Source of the DNA: Candidatus Omnitrophota bacterium
Lineage (GTDB): Bacteria; Omnitrophota; Omnitrophia; Omnitrophales; Aquincolibacteriaceae
Reading direction: 5' to 3'
Assembly (NCBI GenBank): GCA_016196545.1
Contig: JACPXM010000040.1
Coordinates: 5,263-69,262 of the forward strand
DNA length: 64,000 nucleotides
The notes under the pieces: generated by a model
The model's input: the letters and a program-made list of their open reading frames with translations, nothing else
Database searches by the model: none
Told to the model about the DNA's origin: nothing
In this document: positions 48,853 through 58,090 of the stretch, in pieces
Numbering within the stretch: the stretch's first letter is position 1
How the letters are laid out: every line of letters starts with the position of its first letter
Position numbers and translations under genes: made by a program

Positions 48853-49449
48853 ATGGCTAAAATCTTGGTCGTCGATGATGACACCAGAGTCCTTGAAGCA
48901 ACCGGTGAAGTCCTGAAGGCCTACGGCTTTGAGCCGATTCTCATGAACTCGCCGGAAAAGGCTGTCGGCACTCTGAAGCAAAATCCCACGGCTTATGATT
49001 TGATTCTCATGGACTGGAAATTGCGCTGTCCCCTGGATGGCGACATGGTCATCAAACTTATTAATCATATTTTCCCTGATTTTAAAACTCCGATTATTTT
49101 TATTACCGCTCATACTCACCTTTCCTCCAAATATTTGATGCGCCTCGGCGCCTATGACACGCTTACAAAACCTGTCGCGCCTGATCTCTTAATCGACGCC
49201 TGCCAGCGCGCCCTCGGCCTTAAGCCTTCGGAGAATCCGCATCCCAAGGCACCGGCAGATCTTAATTCCGAGGAACTCAAAAAACACGAAATGGCCAAGC
49301 GCATTATTGACGCCATTTCCGAATCCCGCTCCCTCACCGATGCGGCCGCAAGGCTCGGATGTTCGCGCCGGAGCCTCTACCGCTGGCTTTCCAAAACGGG
49401 TCTTGATACCTTCGTCGTTGATAAAGAGCAGGGATACAAATTAACCTAA
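48853..49449 (+). CDS. response regulator with C-terminal Fis-type HTH
   Basis: The receiver is MAKILVVDDD...DLILMDWKL. The C-terminal part, SLTDAAARLGCSRRSLYRWLSKTG, is an HTH_8-like motif. There is no AAA+ sigma54-activator domain. Confidence 0.75.
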   Translation: MAKILVVDDDTRVLEATGEVLKAYGFEPILMNSPEKAVGTLKQNPTAYDLILMDWKLRCPLDGDMVIKLINHIFPDFKTPIIFITAHTHLSSKYLMRLGAYDTLTKPVAPDLLIDACQRALGLKPSENPHPKAPADLNSEELKKHEMAKRIIDAISESRSLTDAAARLGCSRRSLYRWLSKTGLDTFVVDKEQGYKLT

Positions 49450-49616
49450 AACCTACTCGATGGATTCCCTCTTGTCAAATGTAACTTATTATAAATTAAC
49501 AGGTTATGAGCGTAATGAGGCACAAAATGGCAGGCTTTTGTAACCCGCGGCGAAAGCCATGACACAAATTGCATTAAATTTGTGCCACTCGCCGCTCAAA
49601 AAATATTTTTAAAAAA

Positions 49617-51830
49617 ATGGAAATATTGGGACATTATCTATTTCTTGCCGTAGGAAATTACTTAACGGGAATTTTTTGCTTTATACTCGCATTCCTGGTT
49701 TATCACGCAAATCCTCATTCCAAGAGTTGCCGATTAACCGCCTGTTTTAACTTTTTTGTCGGAGTGTGGGCAACTTTTTACGCCACTTCCTATCTGGTTC
49801 AAGATGATCGCTTCGGAATGCTCATCTGCCAAATATTTACCGCCGCGAGTACATCCATTGGTGCATTTCTAACACACTTTGTTTTGTTGGAAACAAATAA
49901 AGAAAAATCCTACAGGATTTTTCTATTCATGAATTATCTTGTGACGACTCTTCTCGTCGCAGCCATATTCACCCCAGGTTTAATTGTTGAAGGTGTTCCC
50001 CCAAAACTGGACCTCCCCTCCTACATTAATGGAGGACAGTTCTACTTTTTAGCTCCTTTGCAACTTTTCTTTAATTTATTTTTCAGCCTTTATCATCTAA
50101 TATGCGAAATTCGAATTGCAAAGGGTTACAGAAAGTCTCAGCTTGCCCTTTTTTTGACAGCTTTCGTCATTGGATACATAACGGGTACTCCAGGCTATTT
50201 GCTGGCAATGAATGTCCCCATCAAACCCATTTCTTCTCCATTAGTTATCCTTTATCCCCTTATCCTAACCTACGCGATTATCCGGCACCGGTTCTTGGAT
50301 ATTCAAAAGCTGATTAAGAACACGATTATCTTTTCTCTGCTCTATGTTCTGCTTCTAGGATTCGTTGCGGTGCTTCTTTTTCTGCTTAAAGAAACCGTCA
50401 GCCGGTGGATTGGCATGCGGGAATCGGTAGCGCAGGGCCTGGCGATCGCACTGGCCATCGCACTTTACACGCCGCTGAAAAATGGGCTCTCTCGCATCAC
50501 CCACCGCATGCTTTATCAGCACTCCCAAAATCCAGAAATTATATTTCGCGCGCTTTCCGGAGACTTGATGCATATTTTAGACGCCTCCAAGCTCATGGAA
50601 ACAATGGTTCAAAGGATTTCGCAAATTTTATCTGTGGAAAAAATCGCTTTTTACACGCGCACCACGAGCAATCCCTATGCCCTGGAGAGGGCTGCCGCTT
50701 TAGGCTTTTGGAGAAGAAAGCATCTTCTTTTTTCAAAATCCCTCGTGCTTTATCTGGAAAAGGCTAGGGGATTTCTCGTTAGTCCGCTCACGCAGGCCGA
50801 GGGCCGGAGGCTAGAAAAACAAAAGGGGAAAAATTTTGTGGATACCGCCAAATGGAAACTCCAGGCGGAGGTTGAAATCGCGGCGCTGGGAGGCATCACA
50901 GCCTTTCCTGTTTTCGGCAAAGGCTTGCTGCGCGGCATACTCTTGGTCGGTGCAAAAAAATCCGACATGCCGTGGCGGGAAGAGGAGTTTCAAATCCTCG
51001 CGAGTTTTATGCGTCATCTCGCACTGGCCTTTGAAAACGCCGACTACGCGGAGACAATTCGACGCTCCCGTTACGAAATCGCCATGCGCGAGCGTGACAA
51101 TTTGGCCGGCGCCATCATCGCGGCCGTCGACCACGAAGCAAAAAACCCGATTCATGCGGTCAGCCTGAATCTCGGAACATTAATTGCGAGACTAAGTCCG
51201 TCCTCTGCCGCTGAACCCTCAAAAGAAGAGCTTGAGGCTCTCACCCAAAAAATTATGAAACGCGTCATGGAAGATATTCAGGATGTCAGCGTGATTATCG
51301 AGCATTTGTCCAATCTCGCGGATAAAAAGCCGCTATTAATTCAGGAAAATGTCCGCCCCCGGCAAATCGTTCAAAAGGTCATGGAAGGTTTCGCCGCTGA
51401 ATTGTCGGCTGCAAAAATAAAACTCCGGCTCGAAATCCCGGAAGACTTCACCCTCGTTTGCGATCCGGCGGCACTCACGGAAATATTTGTCAATCTCTTA
51501 CGAAACGCCATTCAGGCAACTACCTCCGCCGGGGAAATTATCGTAGAGAGCCTGTCTGAGAACGGCAAGACATTCATCCTTCAAGTCAAAGACACGGGCA
51601 GCGGCATACCACCCGCGGTTCAAGGCCGGATTTTTGAGCCGTTTTTTACCACCAAGCAAAAGGGCGATACGCCCGCCAAGCGGGGCACCGGCATGGGGCT
51701 TTTTATCGTAAAAGAATATATGCAGGGCATAGGCGGGCGCGTTGAAGTTCAAAGTAAAATTGGGCGCGGAACGATTTTCAGGCTTCATTTTCCCTTGCTG
51801 GATTCTGTGATGGAAAGGACGGCCGCATAA
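49617..51830 (+). CDS. membrane sensor histidine kinase (N-terminal 7TM domain, GAF-like, HisKA, HATPase_c)
   Basis: 737 aa with about 7 TM helices, then a GAF-like region. The H-box is AAVDHEAKNPIH. The ATPase boxes are NLLRNAIQAT, DTGSGIP, GTGMGL. Confidence 0.85.
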   Translation: MEILGHYLFLAVGNYLTGIFCFILAFLVYHANPHSKSCRLTACFNFFVGVWATFYATSYLVQDDRFGMLICQIFTAASTSIGAFLTHFVLLETNKEKSYRIFLFMNYLVTTLLVAAIFTPGLIVEGVPPKLDLPSYINGGQFYFLAPLQLFFNLFFSLYHLICEIRIAKGYRKSQLALFLTAFVIGYITGTPGYLLAMNVPIKPISSPLVILYPLILTYAIIRHRFLDIQKLIKNTIIFSLLYVLLLGFVAVLLFLLKETVSRWIGMRESVAQGLAIALAIALYTPLKNGLSRITHRMLYQHSQNPEIIFRALSGDLMHILDASKLMETMVQRISQILSVEKIAFYTRTTSNPYALERAAALGFWRRKHLLFSKSLVLYLEKARGFLVSPLTQAEGRRLEKQKGKNFVDTAKWKLQAEVEIAALGGITAFPVFGKGLLRGILLVGAKKSDMPWREEEFQILASFMRHLALAFENADYAETIRRSRYEIAMRERDNLAGAIIAAVDHEAKNPIHAVSLNLGTLIARLSPSSAAEPSKEELEALTQKIMKRVMEDIQDVSVIIEHLSNLADKKPLLIQENVRPRQIVQKVMEGFAAELSAAKIKLRLEIPEDFTLVCDPAALTEIFVNLLRNAIQATTSAGEIIVESLSENGKTFILQVKDTGSGIPPAVQGRIFEPFFTTKQKGDTPAKRGTGMGLFIVKEYMQGIGGRVEVQSKIGRGTIFRLHFPLLDSVMERTAA

Positions 51831-53969
51831 ATGGACTGGAGCGCTGCCCTTCATCCTTATGCCGCAACCGGGTTTCTCACTTCTCTGATCACTCTGGCTG
51901 TCGGTTGTTTTGTTTTCGTACAAAATCGAAAATCCTCCATTCACCTATCCTTTCTCATTTTTTCGATTGCCATCGCGGAATGGAGTTTCTTTACCGCCCT
52001 GCAGGCTTTGCCCCGAAATCCTGCATGGTCTTTTCTTGCTGCGAAAATTTGTCAAATTGGAGCCATGCTTATTCCCGTTTTTTTTCACTACTTCACTTTA
52101 AAAATCATCGGAAGAGACCAAAAACCAATCTTAAGGCTCGGGTTCTTGCTCGCATCGATAAATATATTCGCAATATTTTTCAGTCCGCTCTTCAGCGCAG
52201 GGACGCGCAGCATCGGCGGAATAAATTTTTACTATAAAGCGGGACCGCTTTATATCCTTTGCGTGATTTTCTTCGTCAGCTATGTTCTTTTCGCAATCTA
52301 TCAATTGTGGGATGAGATCCACAGTTCTCAGGGCGCACGAAAAAAGCACTTAGAGTACCTTTTCTTCGCCTCTTTGGCCGGCTATGGAATCGGTGTGGTC
52401 AATTTTTTTCCGGTCTACGGCATTATCGTTCCGCCGTTTCCTTTCTCGCCGATTTGCGGGGCTATTTATTCCTGTGTCATCGCGTACGCGATTCTCAAGC
52501 ATCAGCTTTTTGATATTGAAGTCATTCTGAAAAAGACCGTGATTTTTGCCGTGCTTTTTATCGCGATTTATTCGGCGGTTTCGGCCGCAGTTTATTTCGC
52601 GACGGCGTTTTTCGCCTCCAAAAACGTCCCGCTCCTTTCGGGAATTTCGATTGCGCTGGCCATGCTGCTTTATGAACCGCTTAAGAAAACGCTGACGGCC
52701 GTGACGAACCGTGCCCTTTTTCAGAAAAAAATCCCTTATTCGGTGCTTGTGCAGAACCTCACGGACCGCCTGGCCAAAATTCACGAGGCCGGCGCCCTCG
52801 CGCATGAAATCGTGGACTTTTTAACGCAACAAATGGGTCTTGATTGGGCCGGACTTTATTTGAAGACTGCCGACGGGCTTCACTTTCGGCTTGCTTCATC
52901 CGAACTCAAGGCATTAGTCACTGAATTCGGCATGGAAAGTCCCGTGGTCCGGGCTGCAGCGGAAGGTGCAAAACCTCTTATTTTAAGCCCCTTTGATACC
53001 GAAGCCGACCAAGCGCTTGAAAAGGAATCGCTCCGGAAACTGAAAGTGGAAGCCCTCGTGCCGGTCCTTGTGGAGGGAAAGCTGGATGGTATTTTATTGC
53101 TGGGCAAAAAGCTATCCGATGACGTCTTCACAGCCGAAGACGCGGCGCTGCTTGAAACACTCATGGAAGAATTGGGGATGTTTTTTCTTTCTGCGAGGCT
53201 TTTAAAGGAAGCCACACGCACCCACTTGGAGCTCGGACAGCGCCAAAAAATGGCGGCCGTCTCAAAACTTGCCCGCGGTGTCCATCACGAGGTCCGTAAT
53301 CCCCTGCATACCATCAACCTCTTCGCGCTGGCCACGCTTCACAACCTTGAAATCGGCCGGTGGCACCCCGCCTCACGAGAAGAATTTTCTCAGGACATCG
53401 TCTACCGGTCACGCACGATGCTCGAGGAAATTGAACGCATCAAAAACTCGCTCAGCCGATTCGCTCAGTTTGCCCGGCCCCAGCAGGAATTGGATTGCTC
53501 CCCGATTCGCATTAAGGAGGCCAGCGAGCGATTCCTCGCCCTGATGCGCGAGGCCCATAAAATGGATGGTATCCAGGTTCGCCTCAAAATACCGGAGACC
53601 CTGAGTCTCCTGGCCCATGAAGGGGTGCTGCAGGAAATTTTCTTCAATCTATTTACGAATGCCTATGAAGCCATGCAAGGAAAGGGCGAAATCATTGTCG
53701 AAGCGCTCGAGACAAGCGACGCCTGTGAAATCGTATTTTCAGATTCAGGGCCCGGGATTCCGCGTGAAATTCTTTCCAGAATTTTTGAGCCGTATTTTAC
53801 GACCAAAACGCGCTCAGAGGCCGCGGGGATCGGCCTTTCCGTAGTCCGCCATTATATGGAAATCTTAAACGGCGATATTCAAGCTGAAGCCTGCGGACCT
53901 CTTGGGGGCGCCTCCTTCCGCCTTCGCTTTCAAAAAGCATCGCAAGTAGCGGGAAAAAAGGCCGCATGA
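51831..53969 (+). CDS. membrane sensor histidine kinase, paralogue of 49617..51830
   Basis: 712 aa with the same architecture. The H-box is GVHHEVRNPLH. The ATG directly follows the upstream stop. Confidence 0.85.
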   Translation: MDWSAALHPYAATGFLTSLITLAVGCFVFVQNRKSSIHLSFLIFSIAIAEWSFFTALQALPRNPAWSFLAAKICQIGAMLIPVFFHYFTLKIIGRDQKPILRLGFLLASINIFAIFFSPLFSAGTRSIGGINFYYKAGPLYILCVIFFVSYVLFAIYQLWDEIHSSQGARKKHLEYLFFASLAGYGIGVVNFFPVYGIIVPPFPFSPICGAIYSCVIAYAILKHQLFDIEVILKKTVIFAVLFIAIYSAVSAAVYFATAFFASKNVPLLSGISIALAMLLYEPLKKTLTAVTNRALFQKKIPYSVLVQNLTDRLAKIHEAGALAHEIVDFLTQQMGLDWAGLYLKTADGLHFRLASSELKALVTEFGMESPVVRAAAEGAKPLILSPFDTEADQALEKESLRKLKVEALVPVLVEGKLDGILLLGKKLSDDVFTAEDAALLETLMEELGMFFLSARLLKEATRTHLELGQRQKMAAVSKLARGVHHEVRNPLHTINLFALATLHNLEIGRWHPASREEFSQDIVYRSRTMLEEIERIKNSLSRFAQFARPQQELDCSPIRIKEASERFLALMREAHKMDGIQVRLKIPETLSLLAHEGVLQEIFFNLFTNAYEAMQGKGEIIVEALETSDACEIVFSDSGPGIPREILSRIFEPYFTTKTRSEAAGIGLSVVRHYMEILNGDIQAEACGPLGGASFRLRFQKASQVAGKKAA

Positions 53970-54319
53970 AAAAAATTCTTATTGTAGATGATGAACCGCG
54001 AATCACTGAGGCCTTTATCGATGCCTTCGGACTTGATTATGTAGTGGCCTCCGCCAATGACGGCCGGCGGGCGCTGGAACTTTTGGAAAGTTTTAAACCG
54101 GACCTCGTGGTGCTGGATTGGCGGCTCGGCGGAGACATTCAAGGCCGGGATGTTTTAATCACCATTAAAGAGAATCACCCTCACCTTCCGGTTTTTGTAG
54201 TCACAGCAAGCTTTCAATTCATGGATGAAATCAAATCCCTGGGTGCGAATTCATGTCTTCTTAAACCCTGCACGGATTTACGCGAGCGTATTCTCGAAGT
54301 ACTTCCTACCGGACGCTAA
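53966..54319 (+). CDS. single-domain response regulator
   Basis: MKKILIVDDEP...DLVVLDWRL...KP. It overlaps the kinase by 4 nt. Confidence 0.85.
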   Translation: MKKILIVDDEPRITEAFIDAFGLDYVVASANDGRRALELLESFKPDLVVLDWRLGGDIQGRDVLITIKENHPHLPVFVVTASFQFMDEIKSLGANSCLLKPCTDLRERILEVLPTGR

Positions 54320-54516
54320 AAGAATAAATCACCTCAAAACTGTATAGTTTGATAGATCTTAAAGCATTTAAATATGTCATTACATAGCAAACTATAACAA
54401 TACACTTGAAATATTTGTAATTATTGTTAGTTATGTTATCACTTGAATTAGATGCCTTGAATGATTCACGTTGATGGATTTGGTTAGGGGGATGTTGGAG
54501 ACAGGAGAGTAAGTCA

Positions 54517-54945
54517 ATGAGTCAAAAAGGTCAATCCCTGACCGAGTTCGCAATGTCCCTGCCGCTTCTGTTACTTCTCTTCTTAGCTTCGAGCGATATC
54601 GCCAATATCATTCATATTTATAATCGCATGGTGGACTGCACCTGGGAAGGCGCGCGCCTTGCCTCGGAAGTTTCACAATCCTACGGTTCCAACAACTTAA
54701 AGAAAGTTGCCGTTGCAAGAACGCAAAGTGCCCTTACCAATTCCGGAATCCCGTGGTGGGAAATAAAAACCACGGCTGAAGTTAAGAAGGTGCAGGACGG
54801 CGATAAAAGTTATGACCTTCTGGAACTTGCCTCCAGCTATCAACCTTCGGGATTCTTATCCAACATTTTGAATAAAATTGGCTTTAATTTTTCCTTTCCA
54901 TTAACTTTAAATGCCAAGGCGGTGGGGTATGTTAACTACCAGTAA
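54517..54945 (+). CDS. TadE-like pilus assembly protein
   Basis: The N-terminus KGQSLTEFAMSLPLLLLLFL is the TadE/TadF-type motif. Confidence 0.65.
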   Translation: MSQKGQSLTEFAMSLPLLLLLFLASSDIANIIHIYNRMVDCTWEGARLASEVSQSYGSNNLKKVAVARTQSALTNSGIPWWEIKTTAEVKKVQDGDKSYDLLELASSYQPSGFLSNILNKIGFNFSFPLTLNAKAVGYVNYQ

Positions 54946-55789
54946 AAAAGGACAGGCCTTAGCGGAGAGCGCCCTTGCGCTTCCCCTTTTCTTTTTGCTG
55001 CTTTTTTTCATCATTGAATCAGGTCGCGCCTATTATGTCGTGATGGCCGCTCAAAATGCCTCCCGCATTGGCGTGCGCGAGGCCGCGATGAGCGCACAGG
55101 ATAAAATCAAAGCCGTGGGAAAACAAAAAACCTTGGACGCATTGAAGCCTTATAACTTTAATGGCGTCAATGTTCAGGTTACGGTCCCGCCTTCAAGCAA
55201 TATTTATATTGACCCCATACGAGTTGCCACGACGGTGCCGTTTAATTCCATTTTGACTAAAATGTTTCCCCGTCTCAGTAATTTAACAGCATCGGCGGCT
55301 TCATTTCTCGCCAATGCAGGCCCGCCGGCGGCGCCAAAATTACAGCCCAAACCCGCTCCGGTTATTCCTGGAACCGCAGGAATGGGAAGCGCAAATCAAG
55401 GCGGCGCAGGATCTTCAGGCGGCTCTAAATCTGGAAAATCAAAAAAATCGGGTTCGAAATCAGGCAGCGGTTCAGGTGCAGGGACCTCCATGGGAGGAGA
55501 CTCCGGAACATCGGGATCCTCCGCATCCGGCTCCACCTCTTCTTCCTCAGGCACTAAAGGTAAGGGAGGCAAAGGGAAAAAGGCTGGCAAAGGAAGTGGA
55601 AGTGGTTCAGGTGCCGGCAGCGGTGGAGCTTCAGGTTCAGGCTCAGGATCAGGTTCGGGTTCAGGAACGGGCGGTACAGGAAGCAGCGGTTCCGGAACGG
55701 GTTCTGGCAATTCAGGCACATCCGGATCAGGGACGGGCACGGGAGGCTCGGGAAAACCTTCCTCGCCCGGAGCCTTGATTGAGCCCTAG
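54929..55789 (+). CDS. TadE/TadF-like protein with long Gly/Ser/Lys low-complexity C-terminal tail
   Basis: The N-terminus is MLTTSKKGQALAESALALPLFFLLLFFIIESGRAY. The C-terminal ~130 aa is almost entirely G/S/T/K (GSGSGSGSGTGGTGSSGSG...). Confidence 0.6.
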   Translation: MLTTSKKGQALAESALALPLFFLLLFFIIESGRAYYVVMAAQNASRIGVREAAMSAQDKIKAVGKQKTLDALKPYNFNGVNVQVTVPPSSNIYIDPIRVATTVPFNSILTKMFPRLSNLTASAASFLANAGPPAAPKLQPKPAPVIPGTAGMGSANQGGAGSSGGSKSGKSKKSGSKSGSGSGAGTSMGGDSGTSGSSASGSTSSSSGTKGKGGKGKKAGKGSGSGSGAGSGGASGSGSGSGSGSGTGGTGSSGSGTGSGNSGTSGSGTGTGGSGKPSSPGALIEP

Positions 55790-55797
55790 GAGTCCTT

Positions 55798-57216
55798 ATG
55801 AAATTTTTAAGGGGACTTTTGATGTTTCAACTTTTTACCCAACAAAAACAATCCGAAAAAGGGGTCATTCTAGTCATTCTCGCCGCGGCCATGATTCCCT
55901 TACTTGGCATCGCGGCCCTTTCCATTGATTTGGGATTCGCTTATCTTGTCACCAAACAAATGAAAAACGCAGCAAGCCTGGCCGCACTCGCCGCGGTTAA
56001 GACCTTCGCGACAAAACCGGCCAGCTATCAGGACCTCTATGATTCCGCCCGCGTTGTCGCCGAGCAAAATATTATTCATATCAATGGGCCCAAGCAAGTA
56101 CAGCTTGCAGCCGGGGATTTGGAAGTCGGAACTTATGATTTCACGGCGAAAAAATTTACTAAAAATAGGATGAATGATCCTGCGATTCCGGGCACCAACG
56201 CAGTGCGGGCCAACGTGAGGCTCGCCGAGGATACCAACAAGCCCTTCACTTGGAAATTTGCGCAGGTACTTGGATTTGACGCGCCGGAGGGTTGGCAGCG
56301 TCACGGAGTGGCCGTGCTCGGCAAAAGGCATTTTGTGGCCCTCGTGGATATTTCAGCTTCCATGGATGATAAAAGCTATCCCTCTTATTTTCCGAATCCC
56401 ACGGCCGAGTGTCCTTCCGCGGTGGAGGATCCTTACAATGACTGGATGAGCCGGAATTTCCGCTCCTTGCCGATTGCCTCTTACAACGGCACCTATTGTT
56501 TAGGAGGAAAACCTCAGCCGATGTTTGATCTGTTTACTCACGTCCGCGATTCGTTTCTGGAAAACACTCAGCTCTTTAATGACGCCAATTATCGCGTGGG
56601 GCTTATCACTTACGGCACCTTGATCGACACACAAATTGAATTAAACAAAGATGATAATCGGAAAGAAGCCCAAACTTTTATCACGAAGAATGTCTTAGAT
56701 CAGCTGGATGCTTACCGCATCGCGGAAAATCCGGGGATTTTCAAACTCGGAGGCGGTCAAATCTTCCCCGGAGGAGATGATCCCCTGAATGAATTGGGGA
56801 AAGGTTCAACGGGCTTCACCAACACCCCTCAGGCTTTGGAGTCTGCCATCAGCATGCTAACCACGGCAAGCCAGAGCACCAACGTAAAAACCAGCAACAC
56901 GATTATTTTACTCACCGACGGCGAGGCCAATTGCAGTAAATCCAAAAAACCCACTTGCGGGAACACCACGCCGCATATCGCCGCTTCCAAGAAAGACATG
57001 TTTGCTCAAGCAACGACCGCGGGAAAAAACGACATCATTATTCACGCGCTTTATTATGCCACCAACGATTCCTGCCCCAGCGCCCAGGGATTCAAAGACC
57101 TTCAGCAGGTAGCCCAGAAATCCGGCGGCCAGGCCTATTGTGCGACAAGCATCGCCGAGGTTTCCGATATTTTCACCAATCTCACGCTTCAGCCTGTCTT
57201 CGTCCTTGTGGAATAA
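55798..57216 (+). CDS. TadG-like protein with von Willebrand factor A domain
   Basis: The N-terminus EKGVILVILAAAMIPLLGIAALSIDLGFAY is a TadE/G-like motif. The vWA MIDAS-like motif is VALVDISASMDD ... LLTDGEAN. Confidence 0.7.
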   Translation: MKFLRGLLMFQLFTQQKQSEKGVILVILAAAMIPLLGIAALSIDLGFAYLVTKQMKNAASLAALAAVKTFATKPASYQDLYDSARVVAEQNIIHINGPKQVQLAAGDLEVGTYDFTAKKFTKNRMNDPAIPGTNAVRANVRLAEDTNKPFTWKFAQVLGFDAPEGWQRHGVAVLGKRHFVALVDISASMDDKSYPSYFPNPTAECPSAVEDPYNDWMSRNFRSLPIASYNGTYCLGGKPQPMFDLFTHVRDSFLENTQLFNDANYRVGLITYGTLIDTQIELNKDDNRKEAQTFITKNVLDQLDAYRIAENPGIFKLGGGQIFPGGDDPLNELGKGSTGFTNTPQALESAISMLTTASQSTNVKTSNTIILLTDGEANCSKSKKPTCGNTTPHIAASKKDMFAQATTAGKNDIIIHALYYATNDSCPSAQGFKDLQQVAQKSGGQAYCATSIAEVSDIFTNLTLQPVFVLVE

Positions 57217-57370
57217 TCGTTACTTATTGGAAATCCTTGCGTCTCTTAAGAGGGCAGGATGCTACCGGGGGGCGCCACGTCCACAAGCTTGCAGGTACTG
57301 TTCATCTTCAATCAAAAGACTCGAATACCAGTCTCAACAAATTTAATGTAAATATTCATAGACCGTTTTT

Positions 57371-57643
57371 CTAGTACTTTTCTGCATTTCTGATTTTCTT
57401 CTTTTTTTTCTTCTCTACCGAATTCGAATCTTTCTTCAAATAAGGTGAGAACAATGCATCCTTAATCCAAGGAGTGCGGCCTGAGTACCATTTCATTGGT
57501 CCCGGCACATAGGGACGGTCTTCCGGCCAAGGCTCTACATCCATTTGTTGAATTTCTTCATACTTGTCTAACAAATGACGCGCAAGGACAAAAGAAAACA
57601 TCGAAATAGAAAAAAGAAAATATAAAAATGAAAGAAAACCCAC
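57371..57643 (-). CDS. small membrane protein (90 aa)
   Basis: N-terminal TM (FLSFLYFLFSISMFSFVLA) and a lysine-rich tail. No family recognised. Confidence 0.4.
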   Translation of the reverse strand: MGFLSFLYFLFSISMFSFVLARHLLDKYEEIQQMDVEPWPEDRPYVPGPMKWYSGRTPWIKDALFSPYLKKDSNSVEKKKKKKIRNAEKY

Positions 57644-57689
57644 TCTAAAAAAATTTCTCCGGCAGCGGGGATGGAGATTACAGTCTTGC

Positions 57690-58079
57690 TTAAAAAAAAT
57701 ATTGAATAATGGGTACGATAAATAGCAACAAAAACAGATAAATAAAAGTTTTAAGAATTAACTTTTGAATCTGCGCTGATGATTTCCAGTAGGTAAGCAT
57801 TTTTCTTTGCCCAATCGACAAACCCGAAACGGATCTTGTTTTTAATGCCCCTTGTCCGGAATCAAAGGGATAAGGTCGTTCCAACCAAAGAATAAGCGCG
57901 GCCGGAATGCTCCCAATCGCAACCGCAAAGCAAATCCAGAAATCAGAGCGATAGTCTCTTAATAGAAGATAAAAAATAATAGGTGGATAGAGGCTAACCC
58001 ACATCCAAAAAAGCCACCATTCTCCAGCAATGGTCATCCAGTTCTCGCCGCTGAAAGGGTATTTTTTTTGTTTCTTCAT
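57690..58079 (-). CDS. multi-pass membrane protein (129 aa)
   Basis: Four predicted TM segments. It starts 11 nt after the stop of the giant YD-repeat gene. Confidence 0.45.
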   Translation of the reverse strand: MKKQKKYPFSGENWMTIAGEWWLFWMWVSLYPPIIFYLLLRDYRSDFWICFAVAIGSIPAALILWLERPYPFDSGQGALKTRSVSGLSIGQRKMLTYWKSSAQIQKLILKTFIYLFLLLFIVPIIQYFF

Positions 58080-58090
58080 TTCATCTTTTC

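Noticed and set aside
49528-49542. Possible sigma54 promoter TGGCAGGCTTTTGTA upstream of the kinase operon.
   Set aside because: The -24 GG is present, but the -12 element is TGT rather than the conserved TGC. The adjacent response regulator lacks the AAA+ activator domain that sigma54 needs.
55314-55778. Track ORFs 55314..55778 (+, 154 aa) and 55396..55740 (-, 114 aa, PEP-rich) overlapping the Gly/Ser-rich tail. I also considered whether the GGN/AGC periodic DNA is a tandem repeat or CRISPR-like array.
   Set aside because: Both are alternative-frame or antisense readings of low-complexity GGx/TCx codons inside the TadE-like gene. There is no unit repeat with unique spacers, so this is not a CRISPR array.
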